Source: Chiloscyllium plagiosum | Taxonomy: Eukaryota | Direction: 5' to 3' | NCBI RefSeq assembly: GCF_004010195.1 | Contig: NC_057718.1 | Span: 59,044,838-59,108,837 of the forward strand | DNA length: 64,000 nt | Part shown: piece after piece, positions 1 through 12,243 of the stretch | Layout of the letters: the number at the start of each line of letters is the position of its first letter | Numbering within the stretch: position 1 is the stretch's first letter | Notes under the pieces: model-generated | Database searches by the model: none | What the model saw: only the letters and a program-made list of their open reading frames with translations | Told to the model about the DNA's origin: nothing | Position numbers and translations under genes: made by a program

Positions 1-396
1 TTTCCCTGGAGTGTCGGAGGCTGAGGGGTGACCTTATGGAAGTTTAAAAAATTATGAGGGGCATGGATAGGCAAAGCCTTTTCACTGGGATCGGGGAGTC
101 CAGAACTAGAGGGCATAGGTTTAGGGTGAGAGGGGAAAGATATCAAAGAAACCTAAGGGGCAACCTTTTCACGCAGAGGGTGGTACGTGTATGGAATGAG
201 CAGCCAGAGGAAGTGTTGGAGACTGGTACAATTGCAACATTTAAGAGGCATTTGGATGGGTATATGAAATAGGAAGGTTTGGAGGGATATGGGCCGAGTG
301 CTGGCAGGTGGGACTAGATTGGGTTGGGATATCTGGTCGGCATGGACGGGTTTGACCGAAGGGTCTGTTTCCATGTTGTACATCTCTATGACTCTA
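1..396 (+). mobile_element. CR1-clade LINE 3' end (HER1-like)
   Basis: ORF2 C-terminal motif (TRGHRFRVRGERY..NLRGNLFTQRVVRVWN) and 3' tail ctatgactcta. Nearly identical to 41790-42187. Confidence 0.9.
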
Positions 397-1697
397 AAAA
401 TAACTATCATCAACACAGATAATATAACAATACAGTGTACGATCAAATTAATGATCATTGTGGCCTTTAGGGACTAATCCTTAAATATAGCCTCCTCTGT
501 TGTACGGTCATGGCTGCGATAGAACCAGGAAGTCTTGCCACCTGACTGAGGTGACCAGAATATCATCTACATTTTTTTCCGGTTAATCTATTTACTTAAT
601 TTGCTCTAAAATTCAGTATATTTCAGATTGAGGTTCCTTAATTTGTGATTTTTGTTTTAATTGCCAAATTCCCTATCCACAGATTTCTTCACTCAATAGC
701 AGTAAAATAACATTGTATATGGACTCAAAATTTCTCAGCTCTCTTCATTTGTATCTATCTTGAGGATACTTCTTCAATATGTTTCCCTCCTTGCCAATTT
801 TATGAATGATAGTTACCACTCAATGATACAATCTCCAAATGCAGTTACTTCCTTTTGAGTTACAATATACATGGCATCAAAAAAATACAGCTCTAACATT
901 CATCAGGCTTTACCTTCAACTTATGATTTCCACTTTTATTTTTTCCTGGAGTTTCCTTACCACAGATTCTTACACCACCTGAGTTGTAGCTCAGCCTTTT
1001 TTTTTACATATACTAACTATCCTAACACATTACAATTCCACTTACTTGTTCAAACATACAAATGCACAAAATGGGTATCTGTATGTCATCCAATGGGCCT
1101 TTTCACTCAGTCCATCATTGCTCCTCCCAGAGTCCATATTCTTTCATTTCTGTAATATTTTGACATAATAGTCAATCACACTTTTTATTTTGATTGTAAT
1201 TTTTACATCCCTTTCACTAATACTACTTTTATTGTTTTAATGTCAATTTCTCTATGGATTTTGTGTCAGTGTCTTATTGTTTAAATTATGTTTTTGTGCA
1301 CTTCCAAGCCACTAGCCCTTTCATCAAGTAGGTATACATGTCTGAGACCTGTTATTCAGTTCATGCTTTTTTGTACTGTCTCATGTTTGTTACCTCTGAG
1401 ATGACATTTACTTTTGCACACTTACATTGGTGTCCCAAGATCATGTCATGCATTCTTGACTCCCACAGTCTTATGAAATGATCCATGAGGTTTTACTTAT
1501 CTCTCCACCTATAGTCCCAATGCCTTGGGTAGTGGCTTGATCACCATATCAGTTTTCTTAAATGGAAAGACAAGGACACAAACATCACCAAGAGAAAGCT
1601 ATCAGTTTGGTGCTCTCATCTAAATTTCCTTTGCACTAAAATACATTTTAACCTGAATGCCTCTTCAACCCATTTTTTTTGTCTTCTGCCATTAAGT

Positions 1698-2001
1698 GGG
1701 CGGCATGGTGGCACTGCTGCCTCACAGCGCCAGAGACCCGGGTTCAATTCCCACCTCAGGCGACTGACTGTGTGGAGTTTGCACGTTCTCCCCGTGTCTG
1801 CGTGGGTTTCCTCCGCGTACTCCAGTTTCCTCCCACAGTCCAAAGATGTGCAGGTCAGGAGAATTGGCCATGCTAAATTGCCCGTAGTGTTAGGTAAGGG
1901 ATAAATGTAGGGGTATGGGTGGGTTGCGCTTCGGCGGGGCGGTGTGGACTTGTTGGGCCGAAGGGCCTGTTTCCACACTGTAAGTAATCTAATCTAATCT
2001 A
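1698..2001 (+). mobile_element. tRNA-derived V-SINE (HE1-like)
   Basis: tRNA-like head with B box GGTTCAATTCC, V-domain core tgtgtggagtttgcacgttctccccgtgtctgcgtgggtttcctcc, and (TAATC)n tail. Confidence 0.88.
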
Positions 2002-2540
2002 GTCTCCACCCTTAAATACTTTGTCTCATCCAATTTTGCAATTTAACTATTATCACCATAACTAATTCCGGAGATTTGTGGAGATCTGTAGTCCATGGAA
2101 CATAATCTTATGGTATTTTGAAACAGAAGTCAAACATTTCTGTTTGATTCAAGTACAACATACTTTGTTTGTTCTTTTTCTAAGATGATCCACTTTTTAA
2201 AAAGTTACTTGATAACTCATTCCAAATATTTGATATATTTCAATGTAAATTTGTCCAAATTCAAAACTATGTTTACTCTCTCAAAGTTATGAACCATTTT
2301 TGTATGCACTGAAACCACTGTAACTGTGTTCATGCACTTCATCACTTCCCAGAAACCCTTTACATTTTCAGATAATTATTCCATTAAATGTTTATAATAC
2401 CAGGGCATGTGAATTTTAGTATAGTTTTTGTCATGATATACTTAAGTATATCCTGACACTCAATACAATTAATATTTCCAGTACTTCCCCAACACTGAGA
2501 CATATTATTGTTGAATAGCTTGATGCCTTGTCCATTATTG

Positions 2541-3415
2541 AACCTTGTAGAAGTGTTTGAATGTACCTTTGTTTGTTGGTTACTAAATGTTGTTTTATAC
2601 AATTTGTGTTTTTTTGTACCCTGGAGCTCGAGAGCTGGGGATACTTTGAAGTTAGTTTGGATTTTGGGAATGTATGGTGATGTTGTTGCGATGTTGAAAT
2701 TCTGCAAACAGGTTCACCCTTCAGTGTCTCCAGGTTCTAAAAAAAAAACAAACAAGCTCCATCTATTCCGCATCAAGCAGAATAGGTTAATTAGTATTAA
2801 TTTACCACAGATTCAAAAAAAGGGGGTGGGGCATAAACTCCTGAATGTATTTACTTCATCCATGTCTCTTCCTTCTTGAAGCAAGGTAAAGCCCTCCCCT
2901 TTGTTAAATTTGCCTTTCCTAAATTCCTTGCACACAGGGAGTTGCATTTTCAATATTCCAATATCTCTATCGCTTGGATATTAACAATGAGTTAATCTTA
3001 TTACCCAGAATTAAAGATTCACTCATGGTTAAAACAGTACTTGGAAGTTCACTCTGGCCAGAAAATGAACTTTCAAACATGGTAATTTTTGGAATAAAAA
3101 TTTACCCAAGTTCATGGACCCAATTCAAACAGTTACATTTTTACCAAGCTTTACAAACCAAATTTTTAGAACACCATTTTGCAGATTTTTGCTTCACACA
3201 ACCATCAACGGTTTCTTAAAAGGAAACCATTAACCATATATGTCCCACACTGAGACAGACATACAAACACTTTCAAATGTCCATACATTCCTAAAATACA
3301 AACTAACTTCAAAGTATCCCCAGATCTCGAGCTCCAGAGAACAAAAACACTAGTTGTATAAAACGACATTTAGCAACCAACAAACAAAGGTGCATTCAAA
3401 CACTTCGACAAGGTT
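2541..3415. repeat. Long inverted repeat pair (2541-2677 and 3281-3415) around a spacer of about 600 bp
   Basis: By manual alignment the reverse complement of 2541-2677 matches 3281-3415 at roughly 90% identity. Confidence 0.85.
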
Positions 3416-3941
3416 GAGTCACTTGCACATACATAAACCTGGCCTCCAGTTCTCTCTTTTTCTGGTTATCGGGTCCCCCATCCTTCTGGGGGTCTTAATT
3501 GTGCTAACATATTAGCTACAGACACAAGTCCAGAGCCTATCACATTCCACATATGGAAGGTATCTAGAGCATCAGGTTGCTTTTCCCCTCTCTTACACAT
3601 TTTCCCAAGTCCCATCCTCATTGCCAAAAATGTCTTGGATCAAAGAGCATATCCAAGTGGTTATTTTCAGATTTGGTTAAATGTAGTTAAGAGAAGACTC
3701 AAAAAAAGCAATTGCTTAAGTAAGAACATTTATTGAGTAATAATAACAGATGAAAAAGGAAGGAAGAAAAACAAAACAATAAGCCTCATGCTCTTCTGCC
3801 TGTTGGGGACCTCTCTATCGACTGTTGGTCTAGAGACGGAGGTTGCTCCTGGCACCGTTTGCAATCCTGGTCTGAGGTGAAGTCCAATGACTTGGAATGC
3901 AACTTTTTCTCACATACAGTGTAACAAACAGCAAGGCACAA

Positions 3942-4628
3942 TGTTACAACACGGAGGTCGAACTCCTCTGCTAATTAAAACCAAACATCCAGAAAAGCTC
4001 ACATTGCCTCGTAATCTGCTTAAGGTGAGTGTAAGTGAGTAAACAGAACTCCTAATTTCCACTATTTAAAGAAAAATAACAACTCTAATTGTGAACACTA
4101 ATCAAAACTATTAACAAACTGAACACCTTTTCCCATAACTAACCACTATCCCTTAATTGAACACAGTTCTATTAATATGCTGTTCCAATAACCCAATTAT
4201 TAAACAGGACATTAACTTAATGTTAAGTCCACAAAGTCTCTTTTGCTGTCTTCCATCTGGTCTTCAGATTCTGCTGTCTTCTCCTTGGGGTCTTATTCTT
4301 TCTTTTTACTGTGAGTGTTTTTGGAGGAAAAAGGTACCTTTTGACATATAGCGCCCTCTGACATTTCTTTGAGATCAGGATGGTTTTTCCTTTGGTCGGC
4401 CTTTGCTCTCCAGCTCTGCGGCAGTTGCTGTGATCAATTTTCAAAGTGCCTGCATTTTTTATAATCCCAACATCGTTCCCTCTCATTGGTTCAATGCTGT
4501 CAATACATAAATTCAAACTCAATTGGGTTTTAGTATCCTGCGCATAATTTAAATTAATTGACTAAATTTGAATTGTTGTCAAAACAGCAACCAAAACTCA
4601 GATATCTATTTAACAGCCAATTGTTACA
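3942..4628 (-). mobile_element. Probable solo LTR
   Basis: TGTTACA...TGTTACA termini. Shares blocks (ctcctctgctaattaaa..cagaaaag, aaaggtaccttt, cattgg..tgtcaata) with 46330-46940. No TSD found. Confidence 0.5.
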
Positions 4629-5129
4629 TGTATCTTTTTTTGGAACAGCCCATCTCTTAGCTGTTCTATTTGGCCAGCTGTGGTTGTACTTTAAATTTAC
4701 TTTAAAATTCAGAAATCACTTTCTATCTTAAAGTGAACATGCACTCTTTTGACTTTGTAACAGCAGAAAACAACTACAGAAAGGCATGTTGGTTGTGCTG
4801 GCTTCAGCATGTACAGGAATGTTCACAAGACTCATTCAAGGACATGCAGCTATCGAATACCATCAAGAGGTTTAGTCCCTCAGCCAATCCCATACAAACA
4901 TTTTTGATGAAGAATCATTGCCCTGCCTCTCTTTTCACAGATGCTGTCAGATATTTGAGAATTTCCAACTCTTCTGGTTTCCACTTGAGCAAAAATGACC
5001 CCTTTGCCAGCTCTCCAAAGAACATCTTTACTTCTTCTAAAGCTCTCGTTCTCCTTCAGCAACAGCTGCTTCAGGTATGGTTTTGCCCAATATTAAACAC
5101 TTATCTTAAAGAAACGTTAGGGTAGTAAA

Positions 5130-5410
5130 CATAATCAGAGAAATGTAGAAGATTGGAGCGGGAGTAAGCCATTCAATCCTTTGAGTTTGCTCTGTCATTA
5201 AAATATGATGGTTAGCCATCCAACTCAGTATCCTTTATCCACTTTCTCCCCAGTCCCTTTGATTCTCTTTGGCCTTAAAAGCTATAACAAACACTTGAAA
5301 ACATTCAGTGCTTTTGCCTCAACTACTTTCTGTGGCAGAGAATTCAATAAGTTCATGATTGTTGATGAAGGCATTTCTCCTTATTTCAGTTGTAAAATGG
5401 CCTATCACTT
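5130..5410 (-). mobile_element. Old CR1 3' fragment
   Basis: Resembles the reverse-strand CR1 3' ends at 33107 and 53560 (ggagtaagccattc...ttctgtggcagagaattc). Confidence 0.55.
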
Positions 5411-6167
5411 GCTAAGCAAAAGAAACATTAAAGCAATAAGTTGTTAATTTGCAAAAGTGAATAATTAATAAAACTGGCCATTAAAATATTTCCAGTGGCT
5501 GTAGTAAGGGGACTTGAGATAATGGCTGAAGAAGAGAGTACGCACCCAGAAGCTATTGAAATTATCGCAGAGAGCAGTTGTAAAGACTCTTGGGCTGCAT
5601 ATGGCTATAGACTCGAGGGGAAGGAAATATTCCCACCAGTGGGAAAACCGAATGGTGGGTTAATTTGGGGCAATGGGACCATTTGAGGAAGAGTTAGAAA
5701 ATTGGACTTTATACACAGAATGTTTTAATTTGTTCTTAAAGGTGGGCAATGTAGCTGAGGACATCATAATACCAGTTTTCTTAAGTATCATCGGCAGCAA
5801 GATTTTCTTGATTCTAAGGAATCTCATGCAAACAGAGAAGCCTGAGGAGAAGACATTTCAAGAAGTGGAATGTTAGGAAGTGTTTGGAACTTATTTTGGA
5901 CCCAAGCCGCTGATGATTGTGGAATGTTTCCATTTTTATAAACAGGTACAGTACCAAGGAGAGTCCATAGCCCAGTTCGTGGCCACCTTAAAGAGGTGCG
6001 CAGATCAATGTGAATTTGGAGGATTCATCCATGATGCCTTGTGGAACCCTTTGGGTCTGGCTTCCAACATGAAACCATCCAATGGAAGCTACATACAAGG
6101 AGAGATCTGGATTTCAAGACAGCTTTCAAAATTACTATCTTGGTGGCTTTGCCCACCAGCGAAGCAA

Positions 6168-6443
6168 CCCAGTTGGCTAATGAAGCTCGGGTGCACCAAG
6201 TCGTGGAAACTCAGCAGAATATGGTACCAGCGTATATAATGCTGCTGATGTAGCAATGTTTTAAAAAATTCTCAAGGTCAGGTTCGTAGGAGAGTAGTCT
6301 GACACAGAACAAACGACCAAGAGGCGAGTCTGCTAGAATATGGGCATTTTATTCCCCAGTTGGCTAATGAAGCTCGGGTGCATCAAGTCGTGGAAACTCA
6401 GCAGAATATGGTACCAGCGTATATAATGCTGCTGATGTAGCAA
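6168..6443 (+). repeat. 89-bp direct duplication (6168-6256 and 6355-6443) flanking a 98-bp unrelated insert
   Basis: The two copies differ at a single position (cac/cat). Confidence 0.92.
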
Positions 6444-6846
6444 GAGTCACCACAAGGAATCGATGTGTTGGACTCGAGAACCCTGGTGCTGCAGGTGTAA
6501 GGGAGTGGGTCATATTGTCCGAAATTGGCGGATACAACCTGAACAACAGAAGGAAAGTCAGAAAGAATCAACCCTGTGGACAAGGCAAAATGTGCATGAT
6601 GCCAGCTCAGAAGATAGACAGGGAGTCAGCTGGGTCTGCAGAAGAAGAAGGCCCAGAGTCAGCAGAGTTTTGGTTAAACATACTGTCAGTATAGGGTGAA
6701 CTGATCGTTTCTGGGCTTTTCCCAAAGTAAAAGACGGAAATGGAAATTTAAAAATGGAAATAGACATGAGTGCAGTGGTGCCCCTGATTCCCTGAGAAGT
6801 TGAGGACATTACCATTGAACCCTGCCAACATTATACTATAGACATA

Positions 6847-7055
6847 CAATTGGTTCTGATGCAATGTGATAGTTCTATTCTAATGCGATCTCACATTGTA
6901 AGAAAATCACACAATAACTGCGCCATTTAAACTAATGGGGCTGGAATCGTGTTACAGCCAATACAGGTAGGGAAAGTTCGCGTTCTACAAACAACAATCT
7001 ACATTCTTCAATTGCCATAAGGCCAATTCATGTCAAAGAAACATGCATTATAGCA
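6847..7055. mobile_element. Probable Tc1/mariner-type MITE remnant inserted in the Gypsy relic
   Basis: Interrupts the Gypsy post-protease ...TY|TE... sequence right after a TA. The ends (caattggttctgatgcaatg / catgcattatagca) are weakly inverted. Confidence 0.45.
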
Positions 7056-8467
7056 CACAGAAGAAGTGGTGCCACTGAAGGGCTTGTGAAAGTACAGTTA
7101 AAGGAGCAGGGTGCAGGATTGCTACTTTACATAGTAAAAGGCAAATACCCTGCATTTATCAAACTGGGACTTGGTTAATAGGCTAGTGGACTCAAACGTG
7201 AGTTTGCAAGAGATTCTGAACAACTATAAAGATGTTTTCAAAGGAACCCTGAGGGAAATGAGTCAAGATTGAATTACAGCTGAAGTTATAGGCTAGTCCC
7301 AGGAGTCTGAAGGCATGTTCAATACCATACACCATCTGGCCTAAAGTGGAAGCGGAACTGGTGAATCTGGGAGTATTGGAACCAGTAACCACCAATGAAT
7401 GGGCCACTCCCATTCTTCTGGTCTTAAAAAAAACAGATAGCGCAGTGAGGATTTGCAGTAACTTTAAGGTGACAGTCAATCTAGCCCTGAGTACAGATCA
7501 ATACCTCCTTCCACTCATAGAAAACCTAATGCGTTGACTGGAAAGGGGAGTGAAATTTTTAAAAATAGATCTGTTCCAGGCCTAGCTACAGATGGGGGTC
7601 ACAAAGGCGTCTCAGCCGCTACTGACGATAGTGACACACAGCAGACTTTTCTGCTACAAGAGACTTTCTTTCGACATCATGTCTGCACCAGTTCAGTTTC
7701 AAAGGGCAATGGATCAAATATTAAGTGGGTTCCCGGGACTCCAGGGTTATCTAGATGATATTTCAATTACTTGACCCTCTGAAGAGGAGCATTTTAAAAA
7801 TGTAGAAAGAATCCTAGAAAAATTGTAGAAGCATGGCCTACAAATAAAAAGAGAGAACAGCAAGTTTAAAAAAATAAATTCAATAGAGTTCCTGAGCCAT
7901 CTAATCAATGGCGAAGGACCACACAACACGGCCAAAAAGGTGAAGGCTATCCTGAATGCCCCTTGACCAGAGAATGTGTCTCAACTGAGATTGTTCTTAA
8001 GACTTGCAAATTATTATGGTAAATTTGTGCTTGATCTGGCAACTGTGCTAAAACTGCTATATCGGCTGTTGGGAAAAGGGTGGAAATGGACCCAGGAATG
8101 TGAAGCAAGCCTTAAACAGGTCAGAAGTGTCAAAGCATTTCAACTTGAAGCTGCCACTGTAATTTTGCGTGTGATGCCTCATCTTATAGGTTTGGCACTG
8201 TACTGTCACACATCTTACCAAATGGAGAGGAAAGGCCCATTGCCTCTGCATTGAGGCGACAAACAAAAATGGAGGAGAATTATGCTCAAGTCACAAAAGA
8301 AGGATTGGGCATTGTGTTTGACATTAAAACGGTCACTCATTTCCTTTACAGTAGGCGCTTTGTGCTGCTTACTGAGCACAAACCTCTAAACTCCATTTTT
8401 GGGCCAAATGTGGGGGTACCATGAATGGGCAGTAAATCTGTCAGCCTACTCTTTTGAGATCAATGAT

Positions 8468-8598
8468 CAGGTGAAAGTGAGGACTGCAGATGCTGGAGAT
8501 TAAAGTCAAGAGTGTGATGCTGGAAAAGTACAGCAGGTCAGGCAGCATCCGAGGAGCAGGAGAATTGACGTTTCGGGCAAACGCCCTTCATCAAGAAT
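8468..8598 (-). mobile_element. Penelope-derived terminal-repeat fragment with a mutated hammerhead core
   Basis: Same repeat as 11601, 24758, 27387 and 52706. The minus strand reads TTGATGA-AGGGCGTTTGCCC-GAAACGTC (first core C lost). It splits the Gypsy SAYSFEI|KYR sequence. Confidence 0.75.
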
Positions 8599-9230
8599 TA
8601 GATGAAATATCGACAAGTGGAGAAGCATGGCTTTGCAGATGCCCTGTCAAGGTTATCACTACCTTAACAAAGAATAAAGATGTTCCTGACTAGAATCTGA
8701 AAATTATGCACTTTTCCCAGGATGACAAGGCACCAGTGTCAGCAAATCAGGTGCAGAATGCTACTCAAAATGACCTGGTTTTCAGCCAAGTGGTGGGCTT
8801 GGTCCTGAGAGAGAGCAAACTGCCCAGAATTACACCCTCATCTGTCCAGGAGCTGTCCATATCAGTTGGGTATTTAATGTGGGCAATGAGTTGTTATTCC
8901 TTCCTTGTTAAGAGGAAAGGTGCTGAAACAAGTGCACCAAGAGCTCTCTGGCATGATGTGAATGAAAGAGATAGCCAGGAGCAATTTTTATTGGTGAATA
9001 TGGACTTCCACATTGAGGATAAAGTAGGATTATATGAATCCTGTGCATTACTAAGAAAGGTGCCGTGGGAAAGGCCTTGATCATTGTGGTAGCAAATTCA
9101 TGTAAATTTTTCAGGATCAGTACAGGGACAGATGGACAGGAAAAGAGACAGACTAGTGGCTGTGGATGCCCACTCCAAGTGGCTCAAGGTGGTAGTCAGT
9201 ATCGGCGGATGAAATATTTGCCAGGTTTGG

Positions 9231-10807
9231 GAACAAGTGGGAATTAATGAAAGAAACTACGAGACCCCTTGCAGAAATATTTGAATCATCTATAATTATT
9301 AGTGAGGTGCGTGATGACTGGAGGGTGGCTAATGTTGTACATTCATTTAAGAAAGATTGTAAGGGGAAAGCGGAGAACTATAGACCTGTGAGTCTGACTT
9401 CGGTTGTGAGTAAACTGTTGGCAATGATTTTAAAAGACAGGAACTATGGACATTAAGAGACACAAAAATTGATTAGGGATAGTCAGCATGGTTTTGTGCA
9501 ATGAAAAGCATGACTCACAAATTCGACTGAATTTTTTGAGGAAGTTACTAAAAAGATTGATGAGGGCAGGGCAGTAGATGTTGTTTACTTGGAGTTTAGT
9601 AAAGCCTTTGACAAAGTTCTGCATAATAAACTAATTACTAAAGTTAAGTCACATGGGTTTCAGGGTGAGCTTGCCATTTGGACACATAATTGGCTTAATG
9701 GCAGGAGACAGAGTGGTGATGGAGGGTTACTTTTCCGACTGGAGGCCTTCCAGCAGCAGGGTTCCACAGGGATCAGTTCTGGATCCTCTTTTCTTTGTCA
9801 TTTATATAAACTATTTGGATGAGAATATAGAAGATATGGTTAGTAAAGTTTGTAGACAATAACAAAATTGGTGGCATAGCAAACAGGGAAGAAGGTTTTC
9901 TAAGATTACCAAGGGATCTTGATCAACTGGGTCAATGGGCTGAATAATGGTAGATGGAGTTCAGTCTGGATAAATGTGAGGAATTGTATTTTGGTACAAC
10001 AAACAAGGATAGGGCTTACATAATTAAAGGCACATGTTGTAGAACAGAGGGATGTAAGGGTTCAGGTACATAATTCTTTGAAATATAGGTCACATATAAA
10101 TAGGGTAGTTAAAAAAGTGTTTGGCAAACTTGCCTTCATTGCTCAATCCTTTGAGGAAATGAGTTGGGAAGTCATGTTGAGGTTGTACAGGATATTGGTG
10201 AGGTCTCTTCTGTGTCCAGTTCTGGTCACCCAGTAATAGGAAGGATATCAAGCTCGAGAGGGTTCAGAGGAGATTTACCAGGAGGTTGCTGGGTATGGAA
10301 GGTTTGAGTTATAAAGAAAGGCTGGATAGGCTAGGAATTCCTTTCACTGGAACATAGGAAGTTGACAGGCAATCTTAGAGAAGTTTATAAAATAATCAGA
10401 GGTATAGATAGAGTTGATGGTAGCTGTCTTTCCCTATGACGAGGAATTTCAAGACTGGGGGCACTTTTTTTAAGGTTTAAAAAAAGAGATTTAAAAAGGA
10501 CAGGGAGGTACAAATCTTTTACACAGAGGGTGGTTCACATGTGGAATGAACTTCGTGAGAAAGTGATGGTTGTGGGTACAATTACAATTTTTGTAAACCT
10601 TTTTGATAAGTACATGAATAAGAACGGTTTGGAGGGGTATGGGCCAGGAGCAGGTAGGTGGGATTAGTTTGGTTTGGTTTGGATTAATTCAAACTAATCC
10701 AAATTAGTTTGGATTCGGCAATTCGAACTATTACCGAATCCAAAGGTTTGGCATGGATTGAATGGACTGAAGGATCTGTGTCCATGCTGTATGACTCTAT
10801 GACTCTA
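9231..10807 (+). mobile_element. 5'-truncated CR1 LINE nested in the Gypsy integrase
   Basis: RT motifs ([38 protein letters not shown]) and a (TATGACTC)n tail. The Gypsy integrase resumes immediately after it. Confidence 0.9.
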
Positions 10808-11600
10808 CTATCATGAGTGACAATGGTCCCACAGTTTCTAGTGCATGAATTCAAGGAGTACCTGGAAAATCACAGATTCAAACAAGTGAGATCAGCTCCG
10901 TATCACACCGCAATAAACGGTCAGGCAGAGAGATTTGTTCAAGCCTTGAATCAGGCCTTAAAGGCCTCAGAAGAGGAGGGGTCATGAGGATGGCAAATCA
11001 GCAAGTTCCTCAGCATGTACAGAAACATGCCACAAGTGGTGACTTAGTGCTCGTGGCATGATTACTGTTCAACCATCATCTGAGAACCATGTTTGACTTA
11101 CTGCAGCTGGAAGAGACCAGAGAGATGGTAGAGTGAAATCAAGAAGGACAGATAGTTAGAAGGGCAGGTACCTCACGGTCAAAGATATTCCAAAGAGGAG
11201 AGACCATGTTGACCTGGATTTATACATAGGGGGAGAAATAGAACCATTATCATACATGGTACAGAGTAGGGATGAATTAGTCTGGAGGGGACATGTGGAC
11301 CAGGTGTTGCTGCACCTGACCAACGGGGAATGTCCTTCAGAATACTGGGTCGGTCCAGACTGGATCAGGGGTGTCAACTGAATCATGTGTCTCCAAGCTA
11401 GGGTTGGCCATACCCTGGGAGGAAATAACAGCAGCATCATAGGGCAACAACAGCCAATCAAAGAGGGGCATATCTATGGACCAACAGGAGCTTGCAGAAA
11501 CCTGGGAGATTACACAAGAAAAGGTTCCTGAGATGAGGAGATGGTCTTCTAAGAACCGCCAACTGCATCAGAGACTAACCATGTTGATGCAGTCTATGGA

Positions 11601-11822
11601 GAAAGTGAGGACTGCAGATGCTGGAGATCAGAGCTTAAAAATGTGTTGCTGGAAAAGCGCAGCAGGTCAGGCAGCATCAAAGGAACAGAAGAATCAACGT
11701 TTCGGGTATAAGCCCTTCTTCAGGAATGAGGAGGGTGTGCCATGCAGGCTAAGATAAAAGGAGAAAGCTGGAGAAATCTGCATTCATCCCTTGTGGTTGG
11801 AGGGTTCTAGGTGGAAGATGAG
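11601..11822 (-). mobile_element. Short Penelope-derived element with hammerhead core and 12-bp TSD
   Basis: TSD GCAGTCTATGGA at 11589-11600 and 11823-11834. The minus strand reads CTGAAGA-AGGGCTTATACCC-GAAACGTT. Confidence 0.8.
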
Positions 11823-11849
11823 GCAGTCTATGGACAAACATCTTGTACA

Positions 11850-12025
11850 AGGGCAGAAACTGCACGAAAAGCTCAGCAGCTCTTGCAGCATCTGTGGAAA
11901 GAAATCAGAGTTGACGTTTTGGGACGAGTCACCCTTCCTCAGAGTTCTGCCTGACGTGCCTAGCTTTTCATGCAATCTCTGTTTCTGTTCCGGCTTTCCA
12001 GCCCCCGCAGTTCTTTCAGTTTTTA
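11850..12025. mobile_element. Palindromic Penelope-related repeat, older subfamily
   Basis: Imperfect inverted arms (gcagaaactgcacgaaaagctc / gcttttcatgcaatctctg). Degenerate minus-strand core CTGAGGA-AGGG..CCC-AAAACGTC. Similar to 32565-32780. Confidence 0.6.
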
Positions 12026-12243
12026 TCGAATCGTGTAGCTTTCCTAGTCAATCTCCTGGTATACACGACAGTAGCAAAACACAATGACAGACACTGGCAG
12101 CCCTCTTCTGAAAAATTCAGTCAGGTGACCTAGTGGTTAAGCTCACAAAAAGGCACTTGGTCAAAGCCCTAGTCGCCTATTCAGAGGTGCACAGTCCCTT
12201 ATTCCCTCAACAAAATGAGAAATCATTGCTGTCTTGAGAACAT

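Larger units (their letters stand above)
5650..11588 (+). mobile_element. Decayed Ty3/Gypsy LTR retrotransposon internal region (gag-PR-RT-RNaseH-IN) with nested insertions
   Basis: Fragments in order: gag (VFLSIIGSKIFLILRNL..EKPEEKTF; PKPLMIVECFHF..ESIAQFVATLKR), RT (EWATPILLVLKK..VRICSNFKVTVN; YLDDI), RNase H region, then integrase (EIFARFG ... SDNGP.F, SAPYHTAINGQAERFVQ). Many stops and frameshifts; LTRs not identified. Confidence 0.88.
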
